In this document: in pieces, positions 29,735 through 39,751 of the stretch
Layout of the letters: each line of letters opens with the position of its first letter
Position numbering within the stretch: the first letter of the stretch is position 1
From: an uncultured virus (IMG/VR IMGVR_UViG_3300020190_000031)
Lineage: Duplodnaviria > Heunggongvirae > Uroviricota > Caudoviricetes
DNA length: 64,000 nt
Virus record (IMG/VR): IMGVR_UViG_3300020190_000031
Reading direction: 5' to 3' (one strand)
Position numbers and translations under genes: made by a program
Notes under the pieces: model-generated
The model's database searches: none
The model's input: the letters and a program-made list of their open reading frames with translations, nothing else
Told to the model about the DNA's origin: nothing

Positions 29735-31744
29735 GTGGCATTACAGTTCCGCAGGGGTACAGAAGGGCAACGTGATGAGTCAACCTTTGTACCTTTGGTT
29801 GGCGAACCTATTTATACAACTGATACTAAGCGTCTTTATGTAGGCGACGGCAATACGGTTGGTGGCAATCCCATTGGCTATAATAACAAATTAAGCGATT
29901 TAAGTGATATTGAACTTCAATCAGAAGCTCAAATACCTATTTTAAACATAGCTGCTGCTGAAAATATAGTAACAATAACCACTACAGTACCTCATGGTCT
30001 TGGAACTGGTGATACTGTTTACATTTCTACTGCTTCCAAGCCGGCCGTCAATGGATTAAAAACTATTAATGCAATTGCTGCAACAGTAATAACATTCAAT
30101 CAAACTATAACTAGCTTCCCTGTGACGCTTGATAGCGGGGCGATAAAATACGAGCCAATTGATAATGCAATCCTTGCTTATGATCAGGCAACAGGCAAAT
30201 GGGGTGAACAATCTTTTGTATATAGATTTCGCGATCTAGGCGATGTAAAAATTACCAATCCTCAGGAAAACGATATAGTACAATGGACTCCAATCCCGAT
30301 TGGCACTATTAAAAATTCAAACAACCAAACAGTAGAAACTAATGTTGAACAACCCGCAACTCTACCAACTGGATTTACCTGGACACAAACTGGTACTATA
30401 TCAAAATTTAAAAATAAACAATTTGAGATAGGTATTGATAATCTCACGGATGTACTTATTAATGAATCGAGTTTAGCCAATAGACAAATTTTAGCGTATG
30501 ATAGTTTTCTTGAAGCATGGAAAAACCAAGATTATGTTGATGAGGTAACAGACCTAGCAGATGTTGAGTTAACACCTTATCCTGATCTCACAATACAACA
30601 AGCAAGAGTTACATTATCTGGATCTTATGCTCAAAATGATATTGTAAAAATACAGATTACGGGAACAGAATATCAACATAAGGTTACATTAGCAAATGTC
30701 AATTATATTGATAGTATTTCAAATACGAATGCTGAATTCGATGCGGCAATGCTTGCTTTTCTTGCTACTACAATGGCAGGAAAAATCAATGCCAATGCAA
30801 ATTCTCCAGTTAACGCAACTGCCAGCGGCCCTCTAATAACTTTAAATCCTAAAGGGGCTCCAATCAACTTAAATCTTACCGTCAATGCTGTTAATGCTAA
30901 TACTGGTGATGGATTGACGCCAGGTATTACTAAATTTGAACCAGTCACTAAGCATGTTTTAACATATGATGGACAGAACTGGACTAATAAAGGTCTTGAA
31001 ATAAACAATTTTAGCTTATCAGGGTTGAATGATGTAGATCTCGATAATGTTACAAACAATCAGATTATTCAATACAATGAATCTAGCGGAACTTGGCGAA
31101 ATGTTGATAACTTTATCTCAATAACACAGTTTGCTGATGTTGAGATCGGTGAGCCTGCTGCCGGTGATGCTTTAATATACAGTCCCACCAATCAAAAGTT
31201 TGAAGTAAGAGCCTTTAAATTAGACGATTTAAGCGACGTAAATGATCCTAGTTCCACGGTAATAATTCCGGATGGGTCTGTACTTGCCTATAGTGATTCT
31301 GCCCAGGCTTGGACGCCCCAGACATTTAATAGTTTATCCTCTAGAACTGAGATAACATTTCAAACGGGTCCGATTGAGAACCTTGAGATCACTACGGAAG
31401 ATTTTGAAGCTTTTACTGGTTATGCTATTTTTAAGGTTAAAGCAAGCGCTCCCTGTACAATAACTTTATATGTTAGCGACTATGAAAGAGAGGCTGATCT
31501 AGATAGGGCGGAAAATGTCAATCCTGGAATTGGTCAGGGTATTTTTGCTGAGTTGTCACCGCCGGATACTAGTTACAGGAGAATTGCGCCAGTTATTTAT
31601 GGATTTAATGATGATGTACCTATCACAAGAACCGCTTACGCCAAAATAAGAAATAGAAGCGGTTACTATCAATCCAGTATTTCTATTACTTTTGTTCTTC
31701 TACAAATCGAGGCAGATCCTGAACAGGCCGGTGAGGGCGGATAG
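29735..31744 (+). CDS. Tail fibre protein
   Basis: MALQFRRG...GEPIYTTDTKRLYVGDG; repeated L.DL.DV......IL.Y......W. Confidence 0.75.
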   Translation: MALQFRRGTEGQRDESTFVPLVGEPIYTTDTKRLYVGDGNTVGGNPIGYNNKLSDLSDIELQSEAQIPILNIAAAENIVTITTTVPHGLGTGDTVYISTASKPAVNGLKTINAIAATVITFNQTITSFPVTLDSGAIKYEPIDNAILAYDQATGKWGEQSFVYRFRDLGDVKITNPQENDIVQWTPIPIGTIKNSNNQTVETNVEQPATLPTGFTWTQTGTISKFKNKQFEIGIDNLTDVLINESSLANRQILAYDSFLEAWKNQDYVDEVTDLADVELTPYPDLTIQQARVTLSGSYAQNDIVKIQITGTEYQHKVTLANVNYIDSISNTNAEFDAAMLAFLATTMAGKINANANSPVNATASGPLITLNPKGAPINLNLTVNAVNANTGDGLTPGITKFEPVTKHVLTYDGQNWTNKGLEINNFSLSGLNDVDLDNVTNNQIIQYNESSGTWRNVDNFISITQFADVEIGEPAAGDALIYSPTNQKFEVRAFKLDDLSDVNDPSSTVIIPDGSVLAYSDSAQAWTPQTFNSLSSRTEITFQTGPIENLEITTEDFEAFTGYAIFKVKASAPCTITLYVSDYEREADLDRAENVNPGIGQGIFAELSPPDTSYRRIAPVIYGFNDDVPITRTAYAKIRNRSGYYQSSISITFVLLQIEADPEQAGEGG

Positions 31745-31789
31745 GTATCCTACTAAGCATTATCCAAGAGCAGTGATTGCTCTTTTTAT

Positions 31790-32518
31790 ATGAACGAAGA
31801 ACTAAGCCAGGCAGCCGAGATGGAGGCCCAACAAGTTCAAGAAAGTCCAACAGAGGAAGCGAGTGTTACTGAAAAAGAAGATATTCAAAATCTTCTCAAA
31901 GCACTTAAATCTGAACGGGAGGCTCGTAAGACTTACGAAAGACAAATTAAAGAAAAGGAAAAACAGTTAGAAAAGTTTAAAGAATTCAATCCTGAAGAAT
32001 ACCGTAAACTCCAGGCAGATGCTGCTAGGGCAGCAGAAATTGAGTCCCGGTATGGAGAATCAATCAGAGCGATTGAAGAGAAGTATGGCCGTCAGGCAGC
32101 AGAGGCCGAACAACGGGCCAAGGAGCTTGAGTCTAAAAACCGTGAATACTTGAAGCGTTATGCTCTTGAAAAGGTTTTTAATTCTGCTGGCGGCAGGACT
32201 GATTCGGCCGATGGCATTTCTTTCTTTGATATGTTCGCCAATCAGTTAAGCACAAGATTTAGGCAGGAGCCCGATGGCAGTCTTACGCCATTAGACGGTC
32301 AAGGCGATCCTATACTTGACAACGAAACCGGTAAGCGACTTACACCTGAAGAGTTCGTCACCCAATTCAAATCGCACCCTGTTTACGGCACATTCTTTAA
32401 AGGTGTGAAGGGTTCTGGGGCCGGCCTTAATTATGGTGGCACAGACGCAAACGGTCAACCTGTTGAAGACTTGTCGGCCCTTTCCCGAGATGAACTTTTC
32501 CTGAAAGCGTTTGGCTGA
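31790..32518 (+). CDS. Capsid scaffolding protein
   Basis: Charged coiled coil (ALKSEREARK), GSGAG near the C-terminus; directly upstream of the MCP. Confidence 0.8.
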   Translation: MNEELSQAAEMEAQQVQESPTEEASVTEKEDIQNLLKALKSEREARKTYERQIKEKEKQLEKFKEFNPEEYRKLQADAARAAEIESRYGESIRAIEEKYGRQAAEAEQRAKELESKNREYLKRYALEKVFNSAGGRTDSADGISFFDMFANQLSTRFRQEPDGSLTPLDGQGDPILDNETGKRLTPEEFVTQFKSHPVYGTFFKGVKGSGAGLNYGGTDANGQPVEDLSALSRDELFLKAFG

Positions 32519-32524
32519 TGCCCC

Positions 32525-32547
32525 AAAGCCCCAAAAGGGGCTTTTTT
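32525..32547 (+). terminator. Rho-independent terminator
   Basis: AAAGCCCC-AAAA-GGGGCTTTTTT. Confidence 0.75.
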
Positions 32548-32702
32548 ATTGGGAAGAATAGTTATTTTTGGAACTATATGATAGAAAGCACCCGGTTTTG
32601 GCTGGCCGTGATGGTTGGGCAGGCAGGGTGTTCCGATGTTGGGGCGTGACGCCCTAAGCAGCGTTTCACCTTTCCTTGTTCACATCAAAAGGAGTTTTTA
32701 AA

Positions 32703-33605
32703 ATGGGCCTTAGTTTATCTGAAGCCAAAAAGCATGCTTCTAATCCCCAAGAGCTTGCTATTATATCTGAGCTCTCCGCTGGTTCCCTGCTGAGCGTTCT
32801 ACCTTTCCGTGAAATCCAGGGCAATGGCTTGTTCTGGAAGCGTGAGGAGTCCCTGGGTGATGTGGGTTTCCGTAACTACAATGCTAGCTACGGTGAAGCC
32901 TATGCCGAGGTCAGCCAGCAATCTGAGAGCCTCCGTCTGTTCGGTGGCGATATCAAGATTGACCGTGCGATCCTTGAGCTGGAGGGTTCCGAGTCCCGCG
33001 CTTATCAGGTGCAGGCCAAGACCCGCGCAATGCGTCTGTCCTGGGAATCGCTGTTCATCAACGGCTCTTCAAATGAGTCGCCCAGCGAATTTGATGGTCT
33101 GGCCACTCGCCTGCCGGCTACCGCCTATGCGACCAACAGCCAGGTGATCCGTAATGCAGCGACTGCTGCTGCCCTGGATCTGGCCGCCTTAGATGAGGCC
33201 ATTGATGCTGTGGATGCCCAAGGTGGTACCAAGTACCTGGTAATGTCTAAGTCTCTGCGTCGTCATCTGACGAAGCAGGCACGTAGCTCTTCCCAGATTG
33301 ATATTGCCCGCAACGAGTTCGGCTACCAGCAAATGGTGTATGCCGGCCTGCCCGTTATCGAGCTTGATCGTGATCACAAGAATGCCCCGATTCTGGATGG
33401 CACCCCCGGTGATCAATCGCTCTATGTGGTGACCTTCGGCGGCGATCTGCTGACTGGCATCCAAAACGGCGGCGTTCAGGTGCGTGACCTGGGTGAGTCC
33501 ACTGCTTCCCCTCAAGTGGTCATTCGTGTTGAGTGGTATTGCGGTCTGGCTATGGTCAATGGCCGTTCGGCTGCTCGCCTGTGCAACGTGAACGCTACCG
33601 CCTAA
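32703..33605 (+). CDS. Major capsid protein
   Basis: 300 aa; LPF..I.GN, GGDIKIDR, EFDGL..RL and VEWYCGLA motifs; AAGGAG RBS; GC-rich codon use. Confidence 0.9.
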   Translation: MGLSLSEAKKHASNPQELAIISELSAGSLLSVLPFREIQGNGLFWKREESLGDVGFRNYNASYGEAYAEVSQQSESLRLFGGDIKIDRAILELEGSESRAYQVQAKTRAMRLSWESLFINGSSNESPSEFDGLATRLPATAYATNSQVIRNAATAAALDLAALDEAIDAVDAQGGTKYLVMSKSLRRHLTKQARSSSQIDIARNEFGYQQMVYAGLPVIELDRDHKNAPILDGTPGDQSLYVVTFGGDLLTGIQNGGVQVRDLGESTASPQVVIRVEWYCGLAMVNGRSAARLCNVNATA

Positions 33606-33644
33606 TTTTTTTGTTAGACTGGGTAGCAGCGGTTCATAAACAAC

Positions 33645-33669
33645 GAGGGGCTTCGGCCCCTCTTTTTTT
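33645..33669 (+). terminator. Rho-independent terminator after MCP
   Basis: GAGGGGC-TTCG-GCCCCTC-TTTTTTT. Confidence 0.9.
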
Positions 33670-33748
33670 GTTTTAGGAAACATAGCTTAGAACCACCAGC
33701 GCTGGTATACGTTTTGCGCGTTGGTTTTCCTCTCTTTCTTTTTTTATC

Positions 33749-34099
33749 ATGGCACGTCGCTCTACTGGTGTTTTTCCTCGCGAGAAATTTGATCTTGACG
33801 CTAATCTGGCTGTTACCACCAGCGATGCTGATCTGGGTGTGACCCTCAAGCACATTAAGACCATTCGATGCATCCTGGTAGGTACTACCATCACTGGCAA
33901 CGCTACCGTTACTTTTAACGTTGGCGGCAAGGATGTGGTGTTTGGCTCTGGTGACCTGGATCTGAATGGTGTTGGTATCGCTCATGTCCGTGGCGCTCTG
34001 TGTGATGCAGACAATCTGGTGAAATATACCATTACTGCTGGCACTGGTTCCGCCACCGTGGGTGGCGCTTTCCTGGATGTCGTCGAGAACCTCGGCTGA
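33749..34099 (+). CDS. Putative capsid decoration/cement protein
   Basis: 116 aa beta-rich, codon use like the MCP, own terminator. Confidence 0.6.
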   Translation: MARRSTGVFPREKFDLDANLAVTTSDADLGVTLKHIKTIRCILVGTTITGNATVTFNVGGKDVVFGSGDLDLNGVGIAHVRGALCDADNLVKYTITAGTGSATVGGAFLDVVENLG

Positions 34100-34126
34100 T
34101 TGGTTTTACCAAAAGGCTGGAATAAT

Positions 34127-34152
34127 AAGGGTGGCTTAGGTCACCCTTTTTT
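34127..34152 (+). terminator. Rho-independent terminator
   Basis: AAGGGTGGC-TTAG-GTCACCCTTTTTT. Confidence 0.8.
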
Positions 34153-34155
34153 GTC

Positions 34156-34395
34156 ATGCATCTATCTAAACTTCCTACCGTTTTTACTAAGGACGGCGTT
34201 GAACGCAAGGCTTATCATACTGTTGAGGCTCGCGAACTTATCAGCTTTGGATGGGTAGAAGCCGGTATAGAACTACCTATAGTCCAAGAGGCGACCGAGG
34301 CAATCGAATTAAAGGAAGAAGTCCAAGAAAAAGTAAAGGTAGTTAGAACAAAACCCCTTACCGTTAAGGTAGCAGAAACAGGAGCAAATAAATAA
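34156..34395 (+). CDS. Hypothetical protein
   Basis: 79-aa ORF. Confidence 0.6.
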   Translation: MHLSKLPTVFTKDGVERKAYHTVEARELISFGWVEAGIELPIVQEATEAIELKEEVQEKVKVVRTKPLTVKVAETGANK

Positions 34396-34574
34396 TGGAG
34401 TGCGAATACCTTGATGGACCTAGATATATTGAGGGAATCAATTTTGACGCAGATATTATAGCTGCTCAGCCCAGGGTTGTGATCCGTCAAATTACAGACC
34501 CCGTAAATGATGGCAGCCTTGGAAAGCCTTCTTATGCAGAGGGTTCACTTAACAAAGATAATACACTTTTTTAA
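34395..34574 (+). CDS. Hypothetical protein (59 aa, not in ORF track)
   Basis: TAATG coupling; MECEYLDGPRYIEG... Confidence 0.6.
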   Translation: MECEYLDGPRYIEGINFDADIIAAQPRVVIRQITDPVNDGSLGKPSYAEGSLNKDNTLF

Positions 34575-34575
34575 A

Positions 34576-34704
34576 ATGCCATTTAAATCAGAAAAACAAA
34601 AAAAATTTCTTTATGCTTTTGAGCCTAAGGTCGCACAGAAGTTTCAGCGTGAAGAGAACAAGGGCAGGACAAAGCGGAAAACTAAGGAAAAGGGAAAGCG
34701 CTAA
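34576..34704 (+). CDS. Small basic protein (MPFKSEKQ type)
   Basis: MPFKSEKQKKFLYA..PKVA.KF, a common phage mini-protein motif. Confidence 0.65.
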   Translation: MPFKSEKQKKFLYAFEPKVAQKFQREENKGRTKRKTKEKGKR

Positions 34705-34856
34705 TGGCTCTACCACTCTCTACTGCAAGACAGTTGTCGAAACCAAAAAATTCGGCAAAGGTAATTAGTGAATATAGTGGCAAAGCTGCCCCCAAAAGGA
34801 CAAAACCATTTAATGGTGCAACAGACAGATTTCGTCCCAAAAAGGGTTCAAAGTAA
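34704..34856 (+). CDS. Small basic protein (50 aa, not in ORF track)
   Basis: TAATG coupling on both sides. Confidence 0.6.
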   Translation: MALPLSTARQLSKPKNSAKVISEYSGKAAPKRTKPFNGATDRFRPKKGSK

Positions 34857-35155
34857 TGGCACCAAAGAAGAGGTCGACTGCTGATTTTTATGCCAATAAC
34901 CCTGATGCATATAAGAAAAAATTAGCATACGACAAACAACGCAATGCACGGCCGGATCGCAAAGATTATCGTGCGGAATTAGCTCGTGAGCGCCGTGCGC
35001 GTGGAATTATGGGCAAAGGTGGCAAAGACTTAAGTCATGCCGCCGATGGAGGGTTTAAATTAGAAGAACCAAGCAAAAACAGAGCAAGAAACGGCCATGG
35101 GAGCAATGGTCGATTAGCGCCCGGAAAAGGCACAAGAAAGTCACCAAAGAGATAA
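34856..35155 (+). CDS. Basic protein, degenerate HNH-like
   Basis: GKDLSH...SKNRARNG motif. Confidence 0.6.
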   Translation: MAPKKRSTADFYANNPDAYKKKLAYDKQRNARPDRKDYRAELARERRARGIMGKGGKDLSHAADGGFKLEEPSKNRARNGHGSNGRLAPGKGTRKSPKR

Positions 35156-35188
35156 AGGGCGGAATACTAGTTCAGCTCTGAAACGGAA

Positions 35189-36730
35189 ATGCCGATTCCC
35201 GCCAATCGTGCGAAGATTCAGCTTGCACGAGGCAACTATAATAACCTTCTCGCAAACGTAAGCGAATTTGCCGAGGGTGAACTTAGCTACGCTAAGGATC
35301 AAAATCTACTTTATATAAAAGAAGAAGGGCAATTAATAAGACTAGAATATGTTACGAGAGAAGATCTTGATGCAGCGGTTGAAGAATCTATCGATCTTGA
35401 GGTTTTTGGTGGGATAGGCCTTTTAACAGAAAATGGAACTGTAGGTACATCTCCTACTACAACTTTATCGATCGATGAAGTTTATCTTCGCGAAAAAGTT
35501 GGGATTACAGATTCTAAAGAGCCTGCCGGATTTGTTGATAAAACTCTGACGGTTATTGCACATAGACCTATTGAAAATCAAATTTGGCTTTATCCTACTG
35601 GAACATCTGCTGCCGTTTGGTGTCAAGGCATAAAACATTTATTTACTACATACAAATTTGTAGCAGAGCCTTCTTCTACAGGTTTATATTATATTTATTT
35701 AAATAGTTCTTTTAATTTACAAATAAAATCATCGCCATTTGACTATAAAAACGAAACGCCTGTATGTCAAATTTACTGGAATCAGGCGGCAGGCGAGCCG
35801 ATCCTATTGCTTGATCGCCGTCATGGGATTGCAATGAATTGGAGCACTCAAGAATTTCTTGAGGCTGGGTTTAGTCCTGTAATAAAATCTGGATTTGATT
35901 TTGTTTATAGTCTCCTAAATGGCCCGAGCCCTGAAGGCTCAACTAATGAGCATAGTCAGTTTGGCCTTGCAGATGGCACCGGATTGTTCCAGGACGTAAA
36001 AATTTATGTAGAACATAGCAATTCACCCGCTGACAACATTGCATCAAATCTTTTTCAGCAAAAGTTAAATCCTGTTGCACATATTCCTGTTTTATATCGA
36101 TCAGATACTGGGTCTTGGCTAAAGAAAACTGCTACAAATTATTCTTATGCATCAAATGCGGGTGTCCCCACGTATAACAAGTTTGAGGCATCTTGGTCGC
36201 TAGCAGCAGTAACAAATGGAAATTACTTTATTTCATATATTATATTAACAGCCAATACAGAATATCCTATTGTTTCTATTCCAGGTCAACATCAATACAC
36301 GTCATTGACATCTGCTCAGGCAGCAAGTTTTGATGAATTGATATTAGGTGATATTGATGGTTTACAGAAAAAAGTCCTATACAAAGTAATATATAAGTAT
36401 AATACGTCTTATACAAATACCTTAAAGACATCTATTGTTGATTTTCAAGATTTTAGAAAATCTGGCACTACTGGTATTGACAATGAAATTGTAGATCATG
36501 GTAAATTAACAGGCTTGCAGGATGATGATCATGCTCAATATGTGCATATTTCTGTTAATCGCACTGTTACAGCAAGTCATACCCACCAAGGTAAAATTAA
36601 TATAACAAATAACACGCAAAGCACAACGACAGCCAGTGGGGCATTTACTGTGACCGGGGGGGTTGGTATCAATGGAAACTTGAATGTTGCGGGCGACCTA
36701 GGGGTCACCCTAGACGGTGGCAACTTCTAG
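35189..36730 (+). CDS. Virion fibre protein
   Basis: IQLARG...GELSYAKDQNLLY N-terminus; DHGKLTGLQDDDHAQY; ends LDGGNF. Confidence 0.7.
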   Translation: MPIPANRAKIQLARGNYNNLLANVSEFAEGELSYAKDQNLLYIKEEGQLIRLEYVTREDLDAAVEESIDLEVFGGIGLLTENGTVGTSPTTTLSIDEVYLREKVGITDSKEPAGFVDKTLTVIAHRPIENQIWLYPTGTSAAVWCQGIKHLFTTYKFVAEPSSTGLYYIYLNSSFNLQIKSSPFDYKNETPVCQIYWNQAAGEPILLLDRRHGIAMNWSTQEFLEAGFSPVIKSGFDFVYSLLNGPSPEGSTNEHSQFGLADGTGLFQDVKIYVEHSNSPADNIASNLFQQKLNPVAHIPVLYRSDTGSWLKKTATNYSYASNAGVPTYNKFEASWSLAAVTNGNYFISYIILTANTEYPIVSIPGQHQYTSLTSAQAASFDELILGDIDGLQKKVLYKVIYKYNTSYTNTLKTSIVDFQDFRKSGTTGIDNEIVDHGKLTGLQDDDHAQYVHISVNRTVTASHTHQGKINITNNTQSTTTASGAFTVTGGVGINGNLNVAGDLGVTLDGGNF

Positions 36731-36766
36731 TGTAGGAATGATATAATGACTCCTTAAATTAAGAAA

Positions 36767-37921
36767 ATGGCTAGTGCCATCAGGATCAAGCGGAGAGACG
36801 CCAGTGGTGCCGCTGGAGCACCCGCAAATCTGCTTCATGCCGAGTTGGCGTTTAACGAAGCTGATAAAACACTTTATTATGGTTTTGGGTCTGGGGTCGG
36901 GAGCAACTCCAGTTCAATTATTTCAATAGCCGGCGAGGGTGCGTTTTTTTCCAAAACCATCACTCAAGATCCAAATAAGGTTTTAGCCGGACCAGCTACT
37001 GGAGAAGATCCTTTAGCTCCGACATTTAGATTACTTGTCGCTGCTGATATTCCGACGCTGACAGCAGCAAAAGTTAGTAATTTTGATACACAAGTTAGAA
37101 CAAGTAGACTTGATCAGATGGCGGTACCCACCGCCCCTGTTGCATTAGGCAATCAAAAGATTACGGGTCTCGCCGATCCAACCGATGCACAAGACGCGGC
37201 AACTAAGGCGTATGTTGATGCTGCCCGCAGTGGTCTTGATGTAAAAGCTAGTGTTCGTGTCGCAACCACCGCCAACATTACGTTGTCAGGGGTGCAGACT
37301 ATTGACGATGTAATTCTTGTTGCTGGCGATAGAGTTCTTGTTAAGAATCAATCAACTCCTGCTGACAATGGCATCTATGTTGTTGCGACTGGATCTTGGA
37401 CTCGCGCTGAAGATGCCAATAGTGATGCCGAGGTAACCCCTGGAATGTTTACCTTCGTAGAGGAGGGTACAACGAATTCAGATACTGGTTTTGTTTTAAC
37501 GAACAATGCAACGGTTAATCTTGGACTGACAGGGCTTGCGTTCGCGCAGTTTTCCGGTGCCGGGCAAATTACTGCTGGTAGCGGTCTTACTAAAAATGGT
37601 AATACAATTGATGCCGTTGGTGTTGCCGGAAGAATTACTGTTAATGCCGATTCAATTGATATTGCGTCAACATACGTTGGCCAAAATACAATCACTACAT
37701 TGGGGACCATCACCACAGGAACGTGGAATGGCTCTACAATTAATGTAGCCAATGGTGGCACAGGCATTACAGCCGCTGCGAAAGGCTCTGTCTTAGTTGC
37801 AAATGCTAATAATGTTTTGAGCGCTTTAGACGGTGGTGGCGTTGACGATGCTATACTTGTTTATACTGCTAGCACTGACACAATTTCTTGGACAAATCAG
37901 ATCGATGGTGGCACATATTAA
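36767..37921 (+). CDS. Virion fibre protein
   Basis: IRIKRR N-terminus; DPTDAQDAATKAYVD, GDRVLVKNQ...NGIYV; ends IDGGTY. Confidence 0.8.
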   Translation: MASAIRIKRRDASGAAGAPANLLHAELAFNEADKTLYYGFGSGVGSNSSSIISIAGEGAFFSKTITQDPNKVLAGPATGEDPLAPTFRLLVAADIPTLTAAKVSNFDTQVRTSRLDQMAVPTAPVALGNQKITGLADPTDAQDAATKAYVDAARSGLDVKASVRVATTANITLSGVQTIDDVILVAGDRVLVKNQSTPADNGIYVVATGSWTRAEDANSDAEVTPGMFTFVEEGTTNSDTGFVLTNNATVNLGLTGLAFAQFSGAGQITAGSGLTKNGNTIDAVGVAGRITVNADSIDIASTYVGQNTITTLGTITTGTWNGSTINVANGGTGITAAAKGSVLVANANNVLSALDGGGVDDAILVYTASTDTISWTNQIDGGTY

Positions 37922-37986
37922 TGGGAAACCTATTGAGCCATTAAATAATGGCCGTGTAATGCTTTATAGCTATTGAGGAGCGCCAC

Positions 37987-39393
37987 ATGGCAGCGCAAGT
38001 TGTTAAGTTAAAGCGGTCTAGCGTACCAGGAAAGATACCGCTAATTACGGACATTGCGCTCGGTGAGTTAGCCATCAATACGTTTGATGGTAAAGCATTT
38101 TTCAAGAAAGATAATGGAACCGAGTCAATAGTTGAAGTCGGTACCGGCGCCGGTGGTGGTGGTGTAGGTGGAGGTTTTACCGATCCAGAACTGTTAAGTT
38201 TATATAATAAAAATAATAATGGAAACACTGCAACTTTCAACGGAACTGAGACAAGGTTTCAACTAAGAAATGCCGCTGGTGCTATAGTTAGTATTACTAA
38301 TGCATTGAGAGTTATCATCAGTGTTAATGGTGTTATACAAAAACCAAATACAGGAACCCCGTCTACACCGTTCGAAGGTTTCTATATCACTGCTAATGCA
38401 AGCAGTGGTTATGACTTAGTTTTTGATACGGCACCGGCGACATCATCTGATTTTTTTGGTGTTCTAGGCGGTGCATTTGCCGCCACGGCCGGCACCTCAG
38501 GAATTAAAGTTCTTGATGATATTAAGTCCCAGTTCAATGGCGCACTGACCGCCTTTACATTAAAGTATGATACTGTAAATTATGCTCCACAATATCCCAA
38601 TGCTGTTATTGTCAGCGTTGGTGGTGTACTTCAGGTTCCGACTTCCGCATATTCAATTAGCGGTTCTACAATAACATTTACATCTGCTCCTCCGACCGGG
38701 GCAACCTTTTATGCCGTCAGCCTTGAAATTGGCACTGCTGCACAAGGTGTTACTTCTATTACTGCTTCAACACCACTTAGTAGCACTGAGGGCATAACTC
38801 CGGTTATCAGCATCCAAGACGGCAGTACCAGTCAGAAGGGAGCAGTTCAACTTGAGGATTCGACCAGCAGTACAAGTACAACTAAAGCAGCAACCCCAAA
38901 TTCAGTTAAATCTGCCTATGACTTAGCGAATGCTGCGCTGCCAAACGCAGGTGGAACCATGACTGGAGCGATCACCTTTGCTGGTGGTCAAACCTTCCCA
39001 GGTAGTCTTGCTACGACTGGTGGAACTCTGACAGGTGATATCACCTTAAATGCTCAAGCAGATGTTCGATTCGCTGATTCCGATAGCAGTCATTGGGTTG
39101 CATTTCAAGCTCCATCCTCAGTTACTGCTAATGTGACCTGGACGCTGCCTGCTACGGATGCTACGGTCTCTGGTCATGCCTTAAAGTCAAACGCCGCTGG
39201 CGTATTGAGCTGGGGCACTGCTGGTGGGGCAACAGGTGGTGGCGGAGATGACGTGTTCTACGAAAATAGCCAAAATATTACCACCGATTATTCCATCACG
39301 GCAGGCAAGAACGCCATGAGTGCCGGGGAGATCACAATTCAACCTGGGGTCACCGTTACCGTGGGCCCTGGTCAATCTTGGGTCATCGTCTAA
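37987..39393 (+). CDS. Tail fibre protein
   Basis: KLKRSSVPGKIP...GELAINTFDG; fibre repeat STSQKGAVQLEDSTSSTSTTKAATPNSVK. Confidence 0.8.
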   Translation: MAAQVVKLKRSSVPGKIPLITDIALGELAINTFDGKAFFKKDNGTESIVEVGTGAGGGGVGGGFTDPELLSLYNKNNNGNTATFNGTETRFQLRNAAGAIVSITNALRVIISVNGVIQKPNTGTPSTPFEGFYITANASSGYDLVFDTAPATSSDFFGVLGGAFAATAGTSGIKVLDDIKSQFNGALTAFTLKYDTVNYAPQYPNAVIVSVGGVLQVPTSAYSISGSTITFTSAPPTGATFYAVSLEIGTAAQGVTSITASTPLSSTEGITPVISIQDGSTSQKGAVQLEDSTSSTSTTKAATPNSVKSAYDLANAALPNAGGTMTGAITFAGGQTFPGSLATTGGTLTGDITLNAQADVRFADSDSSHWVAFQAPSSVTANVTWTLPATDATVSGHALKSNAAGVLSWGTAGGATGGGGDDVFYENSQNITTDYSITAGKNAMSAGEITIQPGVTVTVGPGQSWVIV

Positions 39394-39395
39394 TT

Positions 39396-39518
39396 ATGAC
39401 TATCACCATTGCTGGCTCTAGACTTATCACTGGCATCAGCACAAGCGGATTGCCTGATGGATTGACTAACATGGAAACCATCAGCGACTACAGTAACACG
39501 GTGCCCACTGGCACCTAA
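39396..39518 (+). pseudogene. Truncated fibre-cassette gene remnant (40 codons)
   Basis: MTITIAGSRLITGISTSGLPDG resembles the start of small fibre genes, then stops. Confidence 0.4.
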
Positions 39519-39541
39519 TAAACCATTCTCTGAGTTGAACC

Positions 39542-39748
39542 ATGGCTTTCGGAACTATCAAGGTTGATTCCATCATCACCACTGCCCGCACGGTGACGAT
39601 GAATAATGTGGTGACGACTGCCGATACCGGCACGGTCGGCGGCGCAATGATTGCGACGAATAGCAACGGCTATGGCGTCAGGACAGTGCAGACAGGAAGC
39701 GCCACACCTTACGGCGGCAATGACGGCGACATCTGCCTGAAGGTATAA
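39542..39748 (+). CDS. Small fibre-associated protein
   Basis: MAFGTIKVDSI...GGNDGDI motif. Confidence 0.6.
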   Translation: MAFGTIKVDSIITTARTVTMNNVVTTADTGTVGGAMIATNSNGYGVRTVQTGSATPYGGNDGDICLKV

Positions 39749-39751
39749 ACC

